A stretch of 64,000 nucleotides of DNA from Minisyncoccota bacterium (GTDB lineage: Bacteria; Patescibacteriota; Minisyncoccia; Phycocordibacterales; CAJBRS01): positions 117,666 through 181,665 of the forward strand of contig JADGRH010000006.1 in the NCBI GenBank assembly GCA_017881075.1, written 5' to 3'. Each line of letters opens with the position of its first letter. The stretch's first letter is position 1. Both the position numbers and the translations under genes were made by a program. Of the stretch, positions 1-9,045 are shown one piece after another. The notes under the pieces were generated by a model. That model did no database searches, was not told the DNA's origin, and saw only the letters and a list, made by a program, of their open reading frames with translations.

Positions 1-1
1 G

Positions 2-229
2 GACCCAAGAAATCCTACTCAAACCGCAAAATTCTATAGTAAAAGTAAATACTACGCCGCTTACTTGGCTGATCCGAATAATAAACTGAAAAAAGATAAG
101 TTATGGTATGAACTCCCCTCTTCTCAAGTAATAAGACAATTGGCTCCGGCGCATAGTATTGCTAAAAAAGATTTATATAAAGCTGATAATTACTGTTTAC
201 AACTTAAGCATCTGAATGAGGGTATATAA
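2..229 (+). CDS. partial CDS (C-terminal 75 codons of a gene starting upstream of the window), hypothetical
   Basis: Frame 2 is open from the window edge to TAA at 227-229. It ends just before the -10 box of the next gene. Confidence 0.3.
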   Translation, partial: DPRNPTQTAKFYSKSKYYAAYLADPNNKLKKDKLWYELPSSQVIRQLAPAHSIAKKDLYKADNYCLQLKHLNEGI

Positions 230-250
230 ATTGAATGATTCCAAATCGAG

Positions 251-256
251 TATAAT
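251..256 (+). promoter_or_regulatory. -10 box TATAAT 9 nt upstream of ATG 266, implying a leaderless or near-leaderless mRNA
   Basis: TATAAT at 251-256. The same arrangement recurs at 1506-1511, 2955-2960, 25463-25468 and 45736-45741. Confidence 0.4.
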
Positions 257-265
257 TAAACCATT

Positions 266-1495
266 ATGAGTAAAAAAGTCTCTGTGATTGGAGTTTTGGT
301 TCTATGTTTAATTATTTTTTCCTTAACTTTAACTTCTCTCCACTCCCAAACCTACACCTCCGTCCCTCCCACCTTCCAATTCACCCGTAACCTCGGCCTC
401 GGTAACCGCGGTCAGGATGTAGAGAACCTCCAGTGTATATTAGGAGTGACACAGACGACCGGATATTACGGTCCCATCACTGCAGCCGCCGTTCTCCAGT
501 TTCAAAACGCTCACCCTACAGAGGTTCTTACTCCGATAGGTTTAACCGCTGGCACTGGCTACATGGGCTCATCCACCAGAGCTTATCTAAACACACAAAT
601 CTCACAGAATGCTTCATCATCTATCCCAACTTGTCCGACCTATATTCCTCTCACGCCAACAGAACCAACACCTGCACCAATCACATATCAACCTCAGCCA
701 CTACCACAACCTACACAGCCGACACAACCGACCCAAAATACCCAACCACCTCAACAGTTACCTATCACCCCCATCATCAATCCAGATGGTACGGTGAGTT
801 ACCTCAATCCAAATGCAACCTCCACCCTTAATCCTTACGGAACAATTATTAGTCCATACGGAACTACCAACCCTTACAATCCCTACCAGTCAATTCTACC
901 AACTTATAGAAGTCTCAATTCTTCTAATAATTCTCAAGGCTATACAAATTCAAATGCAGCAAATGCAACGGCAGCAATAAATGTTTCGCAGGGTACCGGC
1001 AGTATTGCAGGCTTACCAACAGTCGGCGTCTATAATCCAACAATGAGAAGAAATGAACCGTATGCACACGTTGTCACGGATTCATCCGGGTCTCCTTTTG
1101 TTGGAGATATTGTTACCACTTTCGGAGGTCCAAGAGATCATGACATTGATCCAGTGACCGGTCATGATCTTAACCTCAACCATTTACCCATCTATCCTGC
1201 CTGCACCGCCCACAGTTTAAATCCAAATGCTTATTACATGGCCTTTAGGTGGGATTACACCAAACCACAAACAACTTTCGCTAAACTTCGAAGTTCTTAT
1301 GTTCGTTTTTATAATCCAAAAACCAGATTGTATGCTTTAGCTATGCCGGTGGATTGGGGGCCGTCCCCTGTCTCCCCATCAAAAGCCACCATAGATGTAA
1401 GCGAAGGAACTCTGAAAGCTTTAGGAGCTGAGGGTGGAGACAAGATCTATTTTCAAATGGTGCCCGCCAGCGGTCCTTTGAAGTCCCCGTGTTGA
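266..1495 (+). CDS. secreted protein: N-terminal peptidoglycan-binding (PG_binding_1-like) module, P/T/Q-rich linker, C-terminal RlpA-like double-psi beta-barrel (putative lytic transglycosylase)
   Basis: Signal-peptide-like N-terminus. Motif NLGLGNRGQDVENLQCILGV..GYYGPITAAAVLQFQ. C-terminus VDWGPSPVS.SKATIDVSEGTLKALG resembles the RlpA DPBB tail. Confidence 0.7.
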   Translation: MSKKVSVIGVLVLCLIIFSLTLTSLHSQTYTSVPPTFQFTRNLGLGNRGQDVENLQCILGVTQTTGYYGPITAAAVLQFQNAHPTEVLTPIGLTAGTGYMGSSTRAYLNTQISQNASSSIPTCPTYIPLTPTEPTPAPITYQPQPLPQPTQPTQPTQNTQPPQQLPITPIINPDGTVSYLNPNATSTLNPYGTIISPYGTTNPYNPYQSILPTYRSLNSSNNSQGYTNSNAANATAAINVSQGTGSIAGLPTVGVYNPTMRRNEPYAHVVTDSSGSPFVGDIVTTFGGPRDHDIDPVTGHDLNLNHLPIYPACTAHSLNPNAYYMAFRWDYTKPQTTFAKLRSSYVRFYNPKTRLYALAMPVDWGPSPVSPSKATIDVSEGTLKALGAEGGDKIYFQMVPASGPLKSPC

Positions 1496-1520
1496 ATTTT
1501 TCTGATATAATTAAAATATT

Positions 1521-2849
1521 ATGATGAGAAAATATTTCTTATTTGGTTTTCTAGCCATATTCTTAATTTCCCTCCCTCTCTCTATTAACTCCCAAACCTA
1601 CACCTCCGTCCCCCAAAACTTCCAATTCACCCGCAATCTAGGATTGGGTAACCGCGGTCAAGATGTGGAAAATCTTCAATGTATTCTCGGCGTTACCGAT
1701 CCGACTGGATATTATGGAACTATTACCTCTGCCGCTGTGCTCCAATTCCAAAATACTCACGCCGCCGATATCCTTACACCAGTAGGTTTAACCTCTGGCA
1801 CTGGCTACTTTGGTGCATCCACCAGAACTTACATCAACACCCAAATACAGAATGCTTCCTCATCCTCATCCTCATCCTCATCCTCATCCTCATCCTCATC
1901 CATTGTCCCAAGCTGTCCCACCTATACTCCTCCGACACCACTGCAGCCACAACAACCTCCTACCCCATATACTCCACCACCGCTTCCAACTCAACCGACA
2001 CAACCGACCACCCCACCCGGCACCGTCTCATGCCCGACAGGTTACAGCTGTATTCAGACTCCCAACCAAAACCAGAATCAGGGAGGGTTGCCGGCAGTTC
2101 CTTCCTTTGGACAGAATGGTGGGTTGAATGGGGGAAATCAGTATCAGCAACAACAATGCAATAGTTCGGAGGAAAATTTTTATGCTACGCATGGTGGCCG
2201 GAACGCATTGACGGAAGCGGCTTGGCAGTCTTGTTCTTACAATCAGCAGACTCAAAATACTCCTACCACCAATGCTCCACCACCGCCGGCCTCTAACGCG
2301 CCGGCACAGGATAATTTTTATGCAGTTAATGCGGATTCCTACATACTCGGACAATATAGGAATGGAGGTGATTGCTCACAGAATCAGGGTTACCAAAATT
2401 GTCCCGGACACCCACACTATTACACTACTCACCTTGCTAACCCCACACGTAGATGTGCCATTGACCCCACGATCGCATATTTAGAAAAAGACTTATTGCC
2501 CAAAGCTTTTCCTGGAGTTACTTTTAGCAGTGACTGTAGAACACCCAATGACAATCCTCCGAATCCTCCGGACAATGTGCATTATCCTGGCTTAGCAGTT
2601 GATATTCAGAAAAATGGTGGTCCTATAACAAAGGAAGTGGGTGACAAATTGGTAATTTGGGCTCAGAGGCCGGAAAATTTGATTTTAGGTTTAAAACAAA
2701 TTATTTTTGATGAAAAATCATGGAGATTCGTATCCTATAGCGATGCCTCCGGTCAACATTCTCACTGGATTGGCCCACTACAATTTGGTTGCCAAGGCGA
2801 AGGAGATAGTTGTCACCATGTTCACGTTCATTTTTCTGTAGGCGGTTAA
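1521..2849 (+). CDS. secreted protein: PG-binding module + poly-Ser/Pro linker + C-terminal LAS/M15-like zinc peptidase domain
   Basis: Paralog of 266-1495 with the same N-terminal module. C-terminal HYPGLAVDIQ ... CHHVHVHF matches the H-x(n)-D / H-x-H zinc ligand pattern of VanY/M15 peptidases. Confidence 0.65.
   Translation: MMRKYFLFGFLAIFLISLPLSINSQTYTSVPQNFQFTRNLGLGNRGQDVENLQCILGVTDPTGYYGTITSAAVLQFQNTHAADILTPVGLTSGTGYFGASTRTYINTQIQNASSSSSSSSSSSSSSSIVPSCPTYTPPTPLQPQQPPTPYTPPPLPTQPTQPTTPPGTVSCPTGYSCIQTPNQNQNQGGLPAVPSFGQNGGLNGGNQYQQQQCNSSEENFYATHGGRNALTEAAWQSCSYNQQTQNTPTTNAPPPPASNAPAQDNFYAVNADSYILGQYRNGGDCSQNQGYQNCPGHPHYYTTHLANPTRRCAIDPTIAYLEKDLLPKAFPGVTFSSDCRTPNDNPPNPPDNVHYPGLAVDIQKNGGPITKEVGDKLVIWAQRPENLILGLKQIIFDEKSWRFVSYSDASGQHSHWIGPLQFGCQGEGDSCHHVHVHFSVGG
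1857..1901 (+). repeat. hexanucleotide SSR (TCCTCA) x7.5 encoding poly-Ser inside CDS 1521-2849
   Basis: Direct tandem repeat read from sequence. It is in-frame, so copy-number changes vary linker length and do not shift the frame. Confidence 0.9.
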
Positions 2850-2965
2850 GAAAAGGGAGAAAATAGCAACGGCGATGCCCCCTTGCCACATCACCCACGT
2901 GCATTTCGGCATTAACTAAGCTATAATTTAAGCCGAGGGAAACACTTTCGTTTTTATAATAAACC

Positions 2966-4315
2966 ATGCAAAATAAACACTCTTTGGCCCGATATTTCTC
3001 TCTTCTTTTGATTATTGGTATTTTTTTCTCTCCAATCCCTGTTCTTTATGCACAAAATTCCCCAAATTACGACTATTCTCTGGTTCCAAACACCTACTCT
3101 TTTAATAGAGACTTTGGTAATCCTACCCAAGATCCGGCAGGCCAAAATGACGTTTCCTATTTACAATGTATTCTTGGCATGAGTCCAACCGGCTATTTCG
3201 GCTCGATCACCCAAGCCACCCTAAAAACATTTCAAGAGAATCACGCTGAAGCAGTTCTTACTCCGGTAGGTTTAACCACCGGTACTGGATATTTAGGTAG
3301 CAGTACCAGAGCTTACATCAATGCTCAACTAGTGACCGATGGTTCCACCACGGGTCCTCATTGCAGTGCTCCTACAAACACCACTGATCAATATGGTAAT
3401 CCAATCGGTACTCAATATCCTAACAATACCAACCCGTATCAAACGAATCCAAACAACAATAATCAACCCGCTAACAGTCAAAACTCGCTTCTCCCTCTCC
3501 TTCCCTACTTTATGATGATGTCACAAGGAGGAGGAGCACCACATTTGGTAAATCCAAATCAGCAGAATTCAACAAATAATCAAACTCCGTATTATCCACC
3601 AACAACTACTACCACTACAAATCCTCCAGCCGGTCCAGCTAATCCAGCTAATCCAGTTAATCCAGCTAATCCTCAACAAAATCCTCTAGCAAATAATTAC
3701 GGGAACCCACTATCATGTCAGTCGCCTAATACTTTTAATTACGCAACCGGAAAATGTGTAACTCCAGATGGTTGTAATTTGCCGCAAGTCTTTAATTTCC
3801 CAATGGGAAAGTGTGTAGATCCAAGTGGAACATCTCAGACTCCTCCGACCTCTAGCCAATCTAATCCGGACCACATCTTTGCTGGTCCAGTTGTTTATGA
3901 TTCTATGGATGCTGTTAACCGAGGTAATGAAATTTATTTGGGCAATGATGACAGACCATGTAGGCGCAGTGAGCCACACATGTTTTTAATTATCGTGAAT
4001 AATAGATATATATCTTCCGGTGATGGATCTCTTTACTTATTATTTGATGAAAATCAGACCAAGCTTGGAGGCCAACTAGTTGCTAGTCAAAATAATCTGG
4101 CTCCTGCGGCTGAACTTCTTAAAACAGGCCAGTGTATAACAGGTGACTTTATCCCCAACTCTACTCGTCTCAATGGATACCAAAGTAATTTTTGTCAGGA
4201 TTATACTCGATATGGCCAGCCACGCGTAGGTAGTACCGCTTGGCCGGTGGATGGGATTTTGAATAATATTGAAGTAAGTGCCAACGGAGCATGCTCTACA
4301 AATGTTCCACACTAA
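2966..4315 (+). CDS. secreted protein: PG-binding module + N/Q/P-rich linker with (PAN)n repeats + Cys-containing C-terminal domain of unknown function
   Basis: Third paralog. Motif VSYLQCILGMSPTGYFGSITQATLKTFQENH. TATAAT lies 5 nt before the ATG. Confidence 0.65.
   Translation: MQNKHSLARYFSLLLIIGIFFSPIPVLYAQNSPNYDYSLVPNTYSFNRDFGNPTQDPAGQNDVSYLQCILGMSPTGYFGSITQATLKTFQENHAEAVLTPVGLTTGTGYLGSSTRAYINAQLVTDGSTTGPHCSAPTNTTDQYGNPIGTQYPNNTNPYQTNPNNNNQPANSQNSLLPLLPYFMMMSQGGGAPHLVNPNQQNSTNNQTPYYPPTTTTTTNPPAGPANPANPVNPANPQQNPLANNYGNPLSCQSPNTFNYATGKCVTPDGCNLPQVFNFPMGKCVDPSGTSQTPPTSSQSNPDHIFAGPVVYDSMDAVNRGNEIYLGNDDRPCRRSEPHMFLIIVNNRYISSGDGSLYLLFDENQTKLGGQLVASQNNLAPAAELLKTGQCITGDFIPNSTRLNGYQSNFCQDYTRYGQPRVGSTAWPVDGILNNIEVSANGACSTNVPH
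3635..3670 (+). repeat. 9-nt tandem repeat CCAGCTAAT x4 (encodes PANPANPVNPANP)
   Basis: Read directly from the sequence. It is in-frame. Confidence 0.85.
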
Positions 4316-4345
4316 GATGATTAAAAGCTAATTAAAATTATATTT

Positions 4346-6199
4346 GTGAGAAAAATTATTCTTCAATCTATTAAATTTACCCTAGTTCTATCCATTGTTC
4401 TTTCCAACATCTTCTTTCTTCTCCCCTCCCAAACTCTAGCCGTCGTCGTCAACGGCACGGGCACTCCTCCGCCTACAAATATTCCTCCAGTCGCTGGCAC
4501 CGATCCACAGCAACCATTTAATGTTACTTCTAATCCGCCTGCTAACACTGCGAACCCGGCAATCATCAACTCAGTCATTCCCACCTACACTAATGATCGT
4601 TGGTCCGAGAGCACTCTTCGAAGTCAATTTAATCAATATGGCATTGATGTGAACAATGGTGTTCAACTTTATGGTCTTGGTAATTTTGCTGTCACCGGAG
4701 CAGTATCCCTGAAAAAAACTGTTGACTATTACACTAGCGCAGTGCGAGTAAGTAGCGTTCCTCTTTCAAATCTGACAGTCACAGCCGGAACCGATACTTA
4801 TAATACAGACCAGCCAGTTCTTGATATTACCAGTAATCCAAATCTTGATTATTTCATCAATCATCTCGCCACTTCTCGGGGGAGTAGTAATTACGGCCAG
4901 CTCTATCAATTAGGAGATGATTATTTTTTCCAGAACAATAATTCCTGGCATATAATTTTTGGTCCAAGCAATGGCGCCTTCGTTAAAAACACTATCAATT
5001 TCTTTGGTATCGTTCGAGACAATTTTGCCGTGCCTCACCCTGTCATTACCGATACCAACACTCCTTCTGTCGTTTCTTTTCCTCGCAATCTAGGCGTAGG
5101 TACTAAGGGTCAAGATGTTCACGATCTTCAGCAATTACTTAATGCTGATTCTTACACCACAGTAGCTAGCACAGGTGATGGTTCACCCGGCCACGAAACA
5201 CAATATTTTGGAGTGAAAACCCAAGATGCGGTGAAACGATATCAATATAAAGATAATGAGATCCTTGATGCGGCCGCTATCACCACTCCGACTGGTTTCT
5301 TTGGCACATTTAGCCGAGCGGCCATGGCTTCTTATGGAAATTATCTGAACGCTCTAAAGAACAATCAAAATAGAGCCACTCTAGCCTATCCTACTCCGAC
5401 GAAGCCATTAGAAGATATTCCGCTTAATGGTAATGCTCCTGTCAGCAATCCAAACAATGGTACTCCAAATAATAATCCCGCTCCGGCTACTCCAATTTCT
5501 CTAAACACTACTCCCACCGCCCCGACTTACAATTTCACTAATGGTCCGCCTAATCCATATGCTTCCACTACCGATCCTTACGCTCCTCTTCCGCCAGATC
5601 CGACTTTAAACAATACGCCGGTCTTTGATCAACCAAACTACGTTGGTATTCAAGATCCGAATATTGCTGTCAATCAGACTCCAAATTCTTCTCAACCAAC
5701 CTCACCTTCAAGCATAAATCAATATTTGCCAACGATTTTCTCGGTGATGCAGATGCTTCAAAGAGGAGGATTCTCCTTGCCGGGGCTGGGCGGGGCGCAT
5801 GCTCCGGGGGCGGGCGGGGCGCCGGCGGCTAGTGGGTTACCGGATTATGGCGGTAAGACTTCTTACAACTCTTTCTATTTTAAGAGTGATCCATATAGAC
5901 CTTGTGGCTGTAGCGCTCAAGAAACATATTTGATCATTAATGATAATTCCAGAAGTTCTACCAGGACACCTAGTCCGATTGTTTTGCTTCAAACTCAAGC
6001 AACCTCTTTGATCACTGGCCCCTTAATGATAGGAGCCTGTGCAATAGGTAAATATTTACCACCAACGGCCTGCAGTAGTTGGGTTCTAAGAGGTAATGTT
6101 AACGTTTGTCAGCCAGGTCCGGGAGATGAATTTCCGTGGGCCATACCTTTCGGAACTATAAAAACAGTAGAGTCTCAATCAAATTCTTGTAGCCAGTAA
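4346..6199 (+). CDS. large secreted protein with internal PG-binding module (GTG start)
   Basis: Hydrophobic N-terminus. Internal FPRNLGVGTKGQDVHDLQQLL...FGVKTQDAVKRYQ. P/N/T-rich low-complexity region. Gly-rich segment GLGGAHAPGAGGAPAASG. Confidence 0.6.
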   Translation: MRKIILQSIKFTLVLSIVLSNIFFLLPSQTLAVVVNGTGTPPPTNIPPVAGTDPQQPFNVTSNPPANTANPAIINSVIPTYTNDRWSESTLRSQFNQYGIDVNNGVQLYGLGNFAVTGAVSLKKTVDYYTSAVRVSSVPLSNLTVTAGTDTYNTDQPVLDITSNPNLDYFINHLATSRGSSNYGQLYQLGDDYFFQNNNSWHIIFGPSNGAFVKNTINFFGIVRDNFAVPHPVITDTNTPSVVSFPRNLGVGTKGQDVHDLQQLLNADSYTTVASTGDGSPGHETQYFGVKTQDAVKRYQYKDNEILDAAAITTPTGFFGTFSRAAMASYGNYLNALKNNQNRATLAYPTPTKPLEDIPLNGNAPVSNPNNGTPNNNPAPATPISLNTTPTAPTYNFTNGPPNPYASTTDPYAPLPPDPTLNNTPVFDQPNYVGIQDPNIAVNQTPNSSQPTSPSSINQYLPTIFSVMQMLQRGGFSLPGLGGAHAPGAGGAPAASGLPDYGGKTSYNSFYFKSDPYRPCGCSAQETYLIINDNSRSSTRTPSPIVLLQTQATSLITGPLMIGACAIGKYLPPTACSSWVLRGNVNVCQPGPGDEFPWAIPFGTIKTVESQSNSCSQ

Positions 6200-6988
6200 T
6201 TAAAGGGTTAAGTTTCTCCAATCTTCCAAACTCAAATCTTCCGCTCTGGCTTTTTCGGAGATTTGAGACCGCCGGAATTTCTCTTCCCAGGGAATTTCGG
6301 CGGTTTCTTTTAATTGGCGCAAATTACTGATCAAAAATTTGCGCTTGTGAGCAAAGCCAGCTTTTATGAGCTCAAAAAATTTTTCCTCTTCAATTTTGCT
6401 GTCGTGGAAAAATTTTTTGGAAATGTTCTCGATTAATAAAATAGCAGAATCTACTTTAGGTGCCGGCGCAAAATAGCGCGCCGACACCGTTTTGATGTAT
6501 TTCGGCTTGCCGTAAGCCTTAACACTAAGTGAGAGCAAGCTTTCTTTGCCGTCATTTGCCACAATTCTTTTAGCCACTTCTTTTTGAAGCATTAATACCA
6601 TTCGTTTTGGCTGGATGTCTCCAGAGAGAAACTTGCGTAAAAATATTCCGGTGATGTAATAGGGAATGTTGGCAACAATAGAATAGGTGTTAGGTTTTAG
6701 GTTATAGGTTTTAGGATTGAAGTTGAGGATATCGTCGTGCACCAATTCCAACTTTCTCGTCAATATCTCTTCCTTAAATTTTTCTTCCAGTAGAGGAACT
6801 AGCCGGTCATCCTTCTCTACCACCACCAACCGGGGCGCTGACGCCAATAATTCTTGCGTCAGCGCCCCTTTCCCCGGACCAACTTCCAGCACATTATCGC
6901 CACTTTTAATATCCGCTATCCGAACAATATCGGAAAGAATTTTTTTCGAATGTAGAAAATTTTGCCCCAATGATTTTTTTGCTCTCAT
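6200..6988 (-). CDS. rsmA: 16S rRNA (adenine1518/1519-N6)-dimethyltransferase
   Basis: Motifs LGQNFL, VLEVGPGKGALT and NIPY. Confidence 0.9.
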   Translation of the reverse strand: MRAKKSLGQNFLHSKKILSDIVRIADIKSGDNVLEVGPGKGALTQELLASAPRLVVVEKDDRLVPLLEEKFKEEILTRKLELVHDDILNFNPKTYNLKPNTYSIVANIPYYITGIFLRKFLSGDIQPKRMVLMLQKEVAKRIVANDGKESLLSLSVKAYGKPKYIKTVSARYFAPAPKVDSAILLIENISKKFFHDSKIEEEKFFELIKAGFAHKRKFLISNLRQLKETAEIPWEEKFRRSQISEKARAEDLSLEDWRNLTL

Positions 6989-8916
6989 ATATAAATAGTT
7001 TTTTCACTCAGATTTTCCTCGCTCTCTAGCGATTCTTCATCAAGATCAATAATAAACTCCGAAGGAATGCTAACCTGTTTTGCTCCAAAGATTGTCCGGA
7101 CTGATGCGTATGTAAGATAAAGTTTTATTTTAGCTCGGGTAAGAGCAACATAAAAAAGTCTTCGCTCCTCTTCCTCTTCTTCCCCACTCAATTCTTCCTC
7201 ACTTAATCTTTTGTGTGGAAACAAATCACTTTCAAGCCCACTGACAAACACATAAGAAAATTCCAAACCTTTGGATGCATGAACCGTCATTAATTTAACC
7301 GAGCTGGTTTTTTCTTCCATCTCGTCTTGATCCGACGCCAATGATGCGTCCGCCAATAACTTTTCAATTCCCTCTTCTGGTGGCAAGTAGTCGTACTTAG
7401 TGGCTAGTGTTGCCAACTCTTTAATGTTTTCCAGTCGATTCTCATCTTCTTCCTTCCCTTTTCTATACATTTCTTCCATACCGCTTGCTTTGATGACGTA
7501 TTTAATAGTGTCTGACGGCTTTGATTTCAAGGCCATCATTTGAATTTGTACTAGAAGATTGCGGAAATTTGCCAGCCTCTCCTTCATTGAGGTTGGCAAG
7601 CCCTCTTCTTGCTTTGCGGTAATCTTAAGCAAGGTCAATTTTCCAATGCCACGCGCCGGCACATTAATAACCCGTTTAATGTCCGAAAAACTATCCGGAT
7701 TGAGAGCCGCCCGAAGATATGAAAGCGTATCTTTTACTTCCTTTCTCTCAAAAAATCGAACACCTAAAATTTGATACGGCACCTCTCTCATTAAAAAGGC
7801 TTCTTCCAGTACGCGTGATTGAAAATTAGCCCGATATAGAACAGCGATCTCTTTCGGTGCCACGCCACTCTCAATTAACTCGGCCGATTTCCGAGAAATG
7901 AAATCGGCCTCGTCCGTCTCATCATATGCGGCATACAATCCGATCTTTGCTCCACCTTTTTTATTCGTAAAAAGTTTTTTATCTTTTCGATGAATATTTT
8001 TTTCGATAATAAGATTGGCCGCATTTAAAATTATTTCAGTCGATCGATAATTTTCTTCAAGTAATACTACTTTCGCTTCAGGATAATCTTCCTCAAAACT
8101 TAAAATGTTTCTAATATCCGCCCCACGCCAGCTATAAATATTTTGATCCACATCTCCCACCACACAAATATTTTTTTCTTTCCTAGCTAAGAGTTTAGCA
8201 ATAGTGTATTGAACTCGATTGGTATCCTGATACTCGTCAATGTGAATGTATTTCCAAATGTTTTGATAGTGAGCAAGGATCAAAGGGTTTCGTTTTAGTA
8301 AGTCCGCGCTTTTCAGAAGCAGATCATCAAAATCCAAAGCTCTTTCTCTTTTTAATATCTTTTCGTACTCGGCCCAGACCGACGATACAATCTTGCCGAA
8401 ATAATCCCGACCAGACTCTTCCTCATAATCCCCTTGGCTAATGTTGTCTCCTTTTTGGCGAGAAATGACATGAAGAATCTTTGTCGGCTCAAATTTTTTC
8501 GGATCCAGAGATAAAATCTCCAAACCCTCTTTCACCGCTCGTTTTGAGTCACTGCGATCATAGATGGAAAAGTGTCGTGGCAGATCAAGCAACTTTGAGT
8601 TTTCTTTGATGATGTGAACGCCCAAGGAGTGAAAAGTAGAGACAAAAGGGCGCTCCGATGACGAGATTGGCAGGTTCAATTCCTTGTCATTTTTTAAAAG
8701 TTCGTACACCCGCTCTCTCATTTCCTTGGCTGCTTTGTTGGTGAAGGTGATGGCCAGGATATTTGCCGGCGCTACCCCAGTTTTAATCAAGTGGAGGATA
8801 CGGTGGGTGATAGTCTTAGTCTTCCCCGCTCCGGCGCCGGCCAAAATTAAAAGAGGACCCTCCGTTTGGAGTACAGCGGCCTTTTGCCTTTCATTTAAGC
8901 CATTTAAATCATTCAT
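6985..8916 (-). CDS. pcrA: ATP-dependent DNA helicase UvrD/PcrA family
   Basis: N-terminus LNERQKAAV...GAGAGKTKTITHRI (Walker A). Length 643 aa. Confidence 0.9.
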   Translation of the reverse strand: MNDLNGLNERQKAAVLQTEGPLLILAGAGAGKTKTITHRILHLIKTGVAPANILAITFTNKAAKEMRERVYELLKNDKELNLPISSSERPFVSTFHSLGVHIIKENSKLLDLPRHFSIYDRSDSKRAVKEGLEILSLDPKKFEPTKILHVISRQKGDNISQGDYEEESGRDYFGKIVSSVWAEYEKILKRERALDFDDLLLKSADLLKRNPLILAHYQNIWKYIHIDEYQDTNRVQYTIAKLLARKEKNICVVGDVDQNIYSWRGADIRNILSFEEDYPEAKVVLLEENYRSTEIILNAANLIIEKNIHRKDKKLFTNKKGGAKIGLYAAYDETDEADFISRKSAELIESGVAPKEIAVLYRANFQSRVLEEAFLMREVPYQILGVRFFERKEVKDTLSYLRAALNPDSFSDIKRVINVPARGIGKLTLLKITAKQEEGLPTSMKERLANFRNLLVQIQMMALKSKPSDTIKYVIKASGMEEMYRKGKEEDENRLENIKELATLATKYDYLPPEEGIEKLLADASLASDQDEMEEKTSSVKLMTVHASKGLEFSYVFVSGLESDLFPHKRLSEEELSGEEEEEERRLFYVALTRAKIKLYLTYASVRTIFGAKQVSIPSEFIIDLDEESLESEENLSEKTIYI

Positions 8917-9045
8917 AACTCCGAAACTATATCACGAAATTAGTTATCCACACCCCTTTTTTGACCTCATTGACACCCTCTCTGAGGGAGCTATGATTAC
9001 TTTCATACCGAATTTCCGAGTGGTTTTGGGGGCAACCCCATTTTT

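Noticed and set aside
433-2164. ORFs 433-831, 609-797, 1679-2164 and 1810-2127 inside the paralog genes
   Set aside because: These are alternative reading frames of low-complexity or microsatellite sequence (ILILIL, HPHPHP). They are fully overlapped by the better-supported secreted-protein frames.
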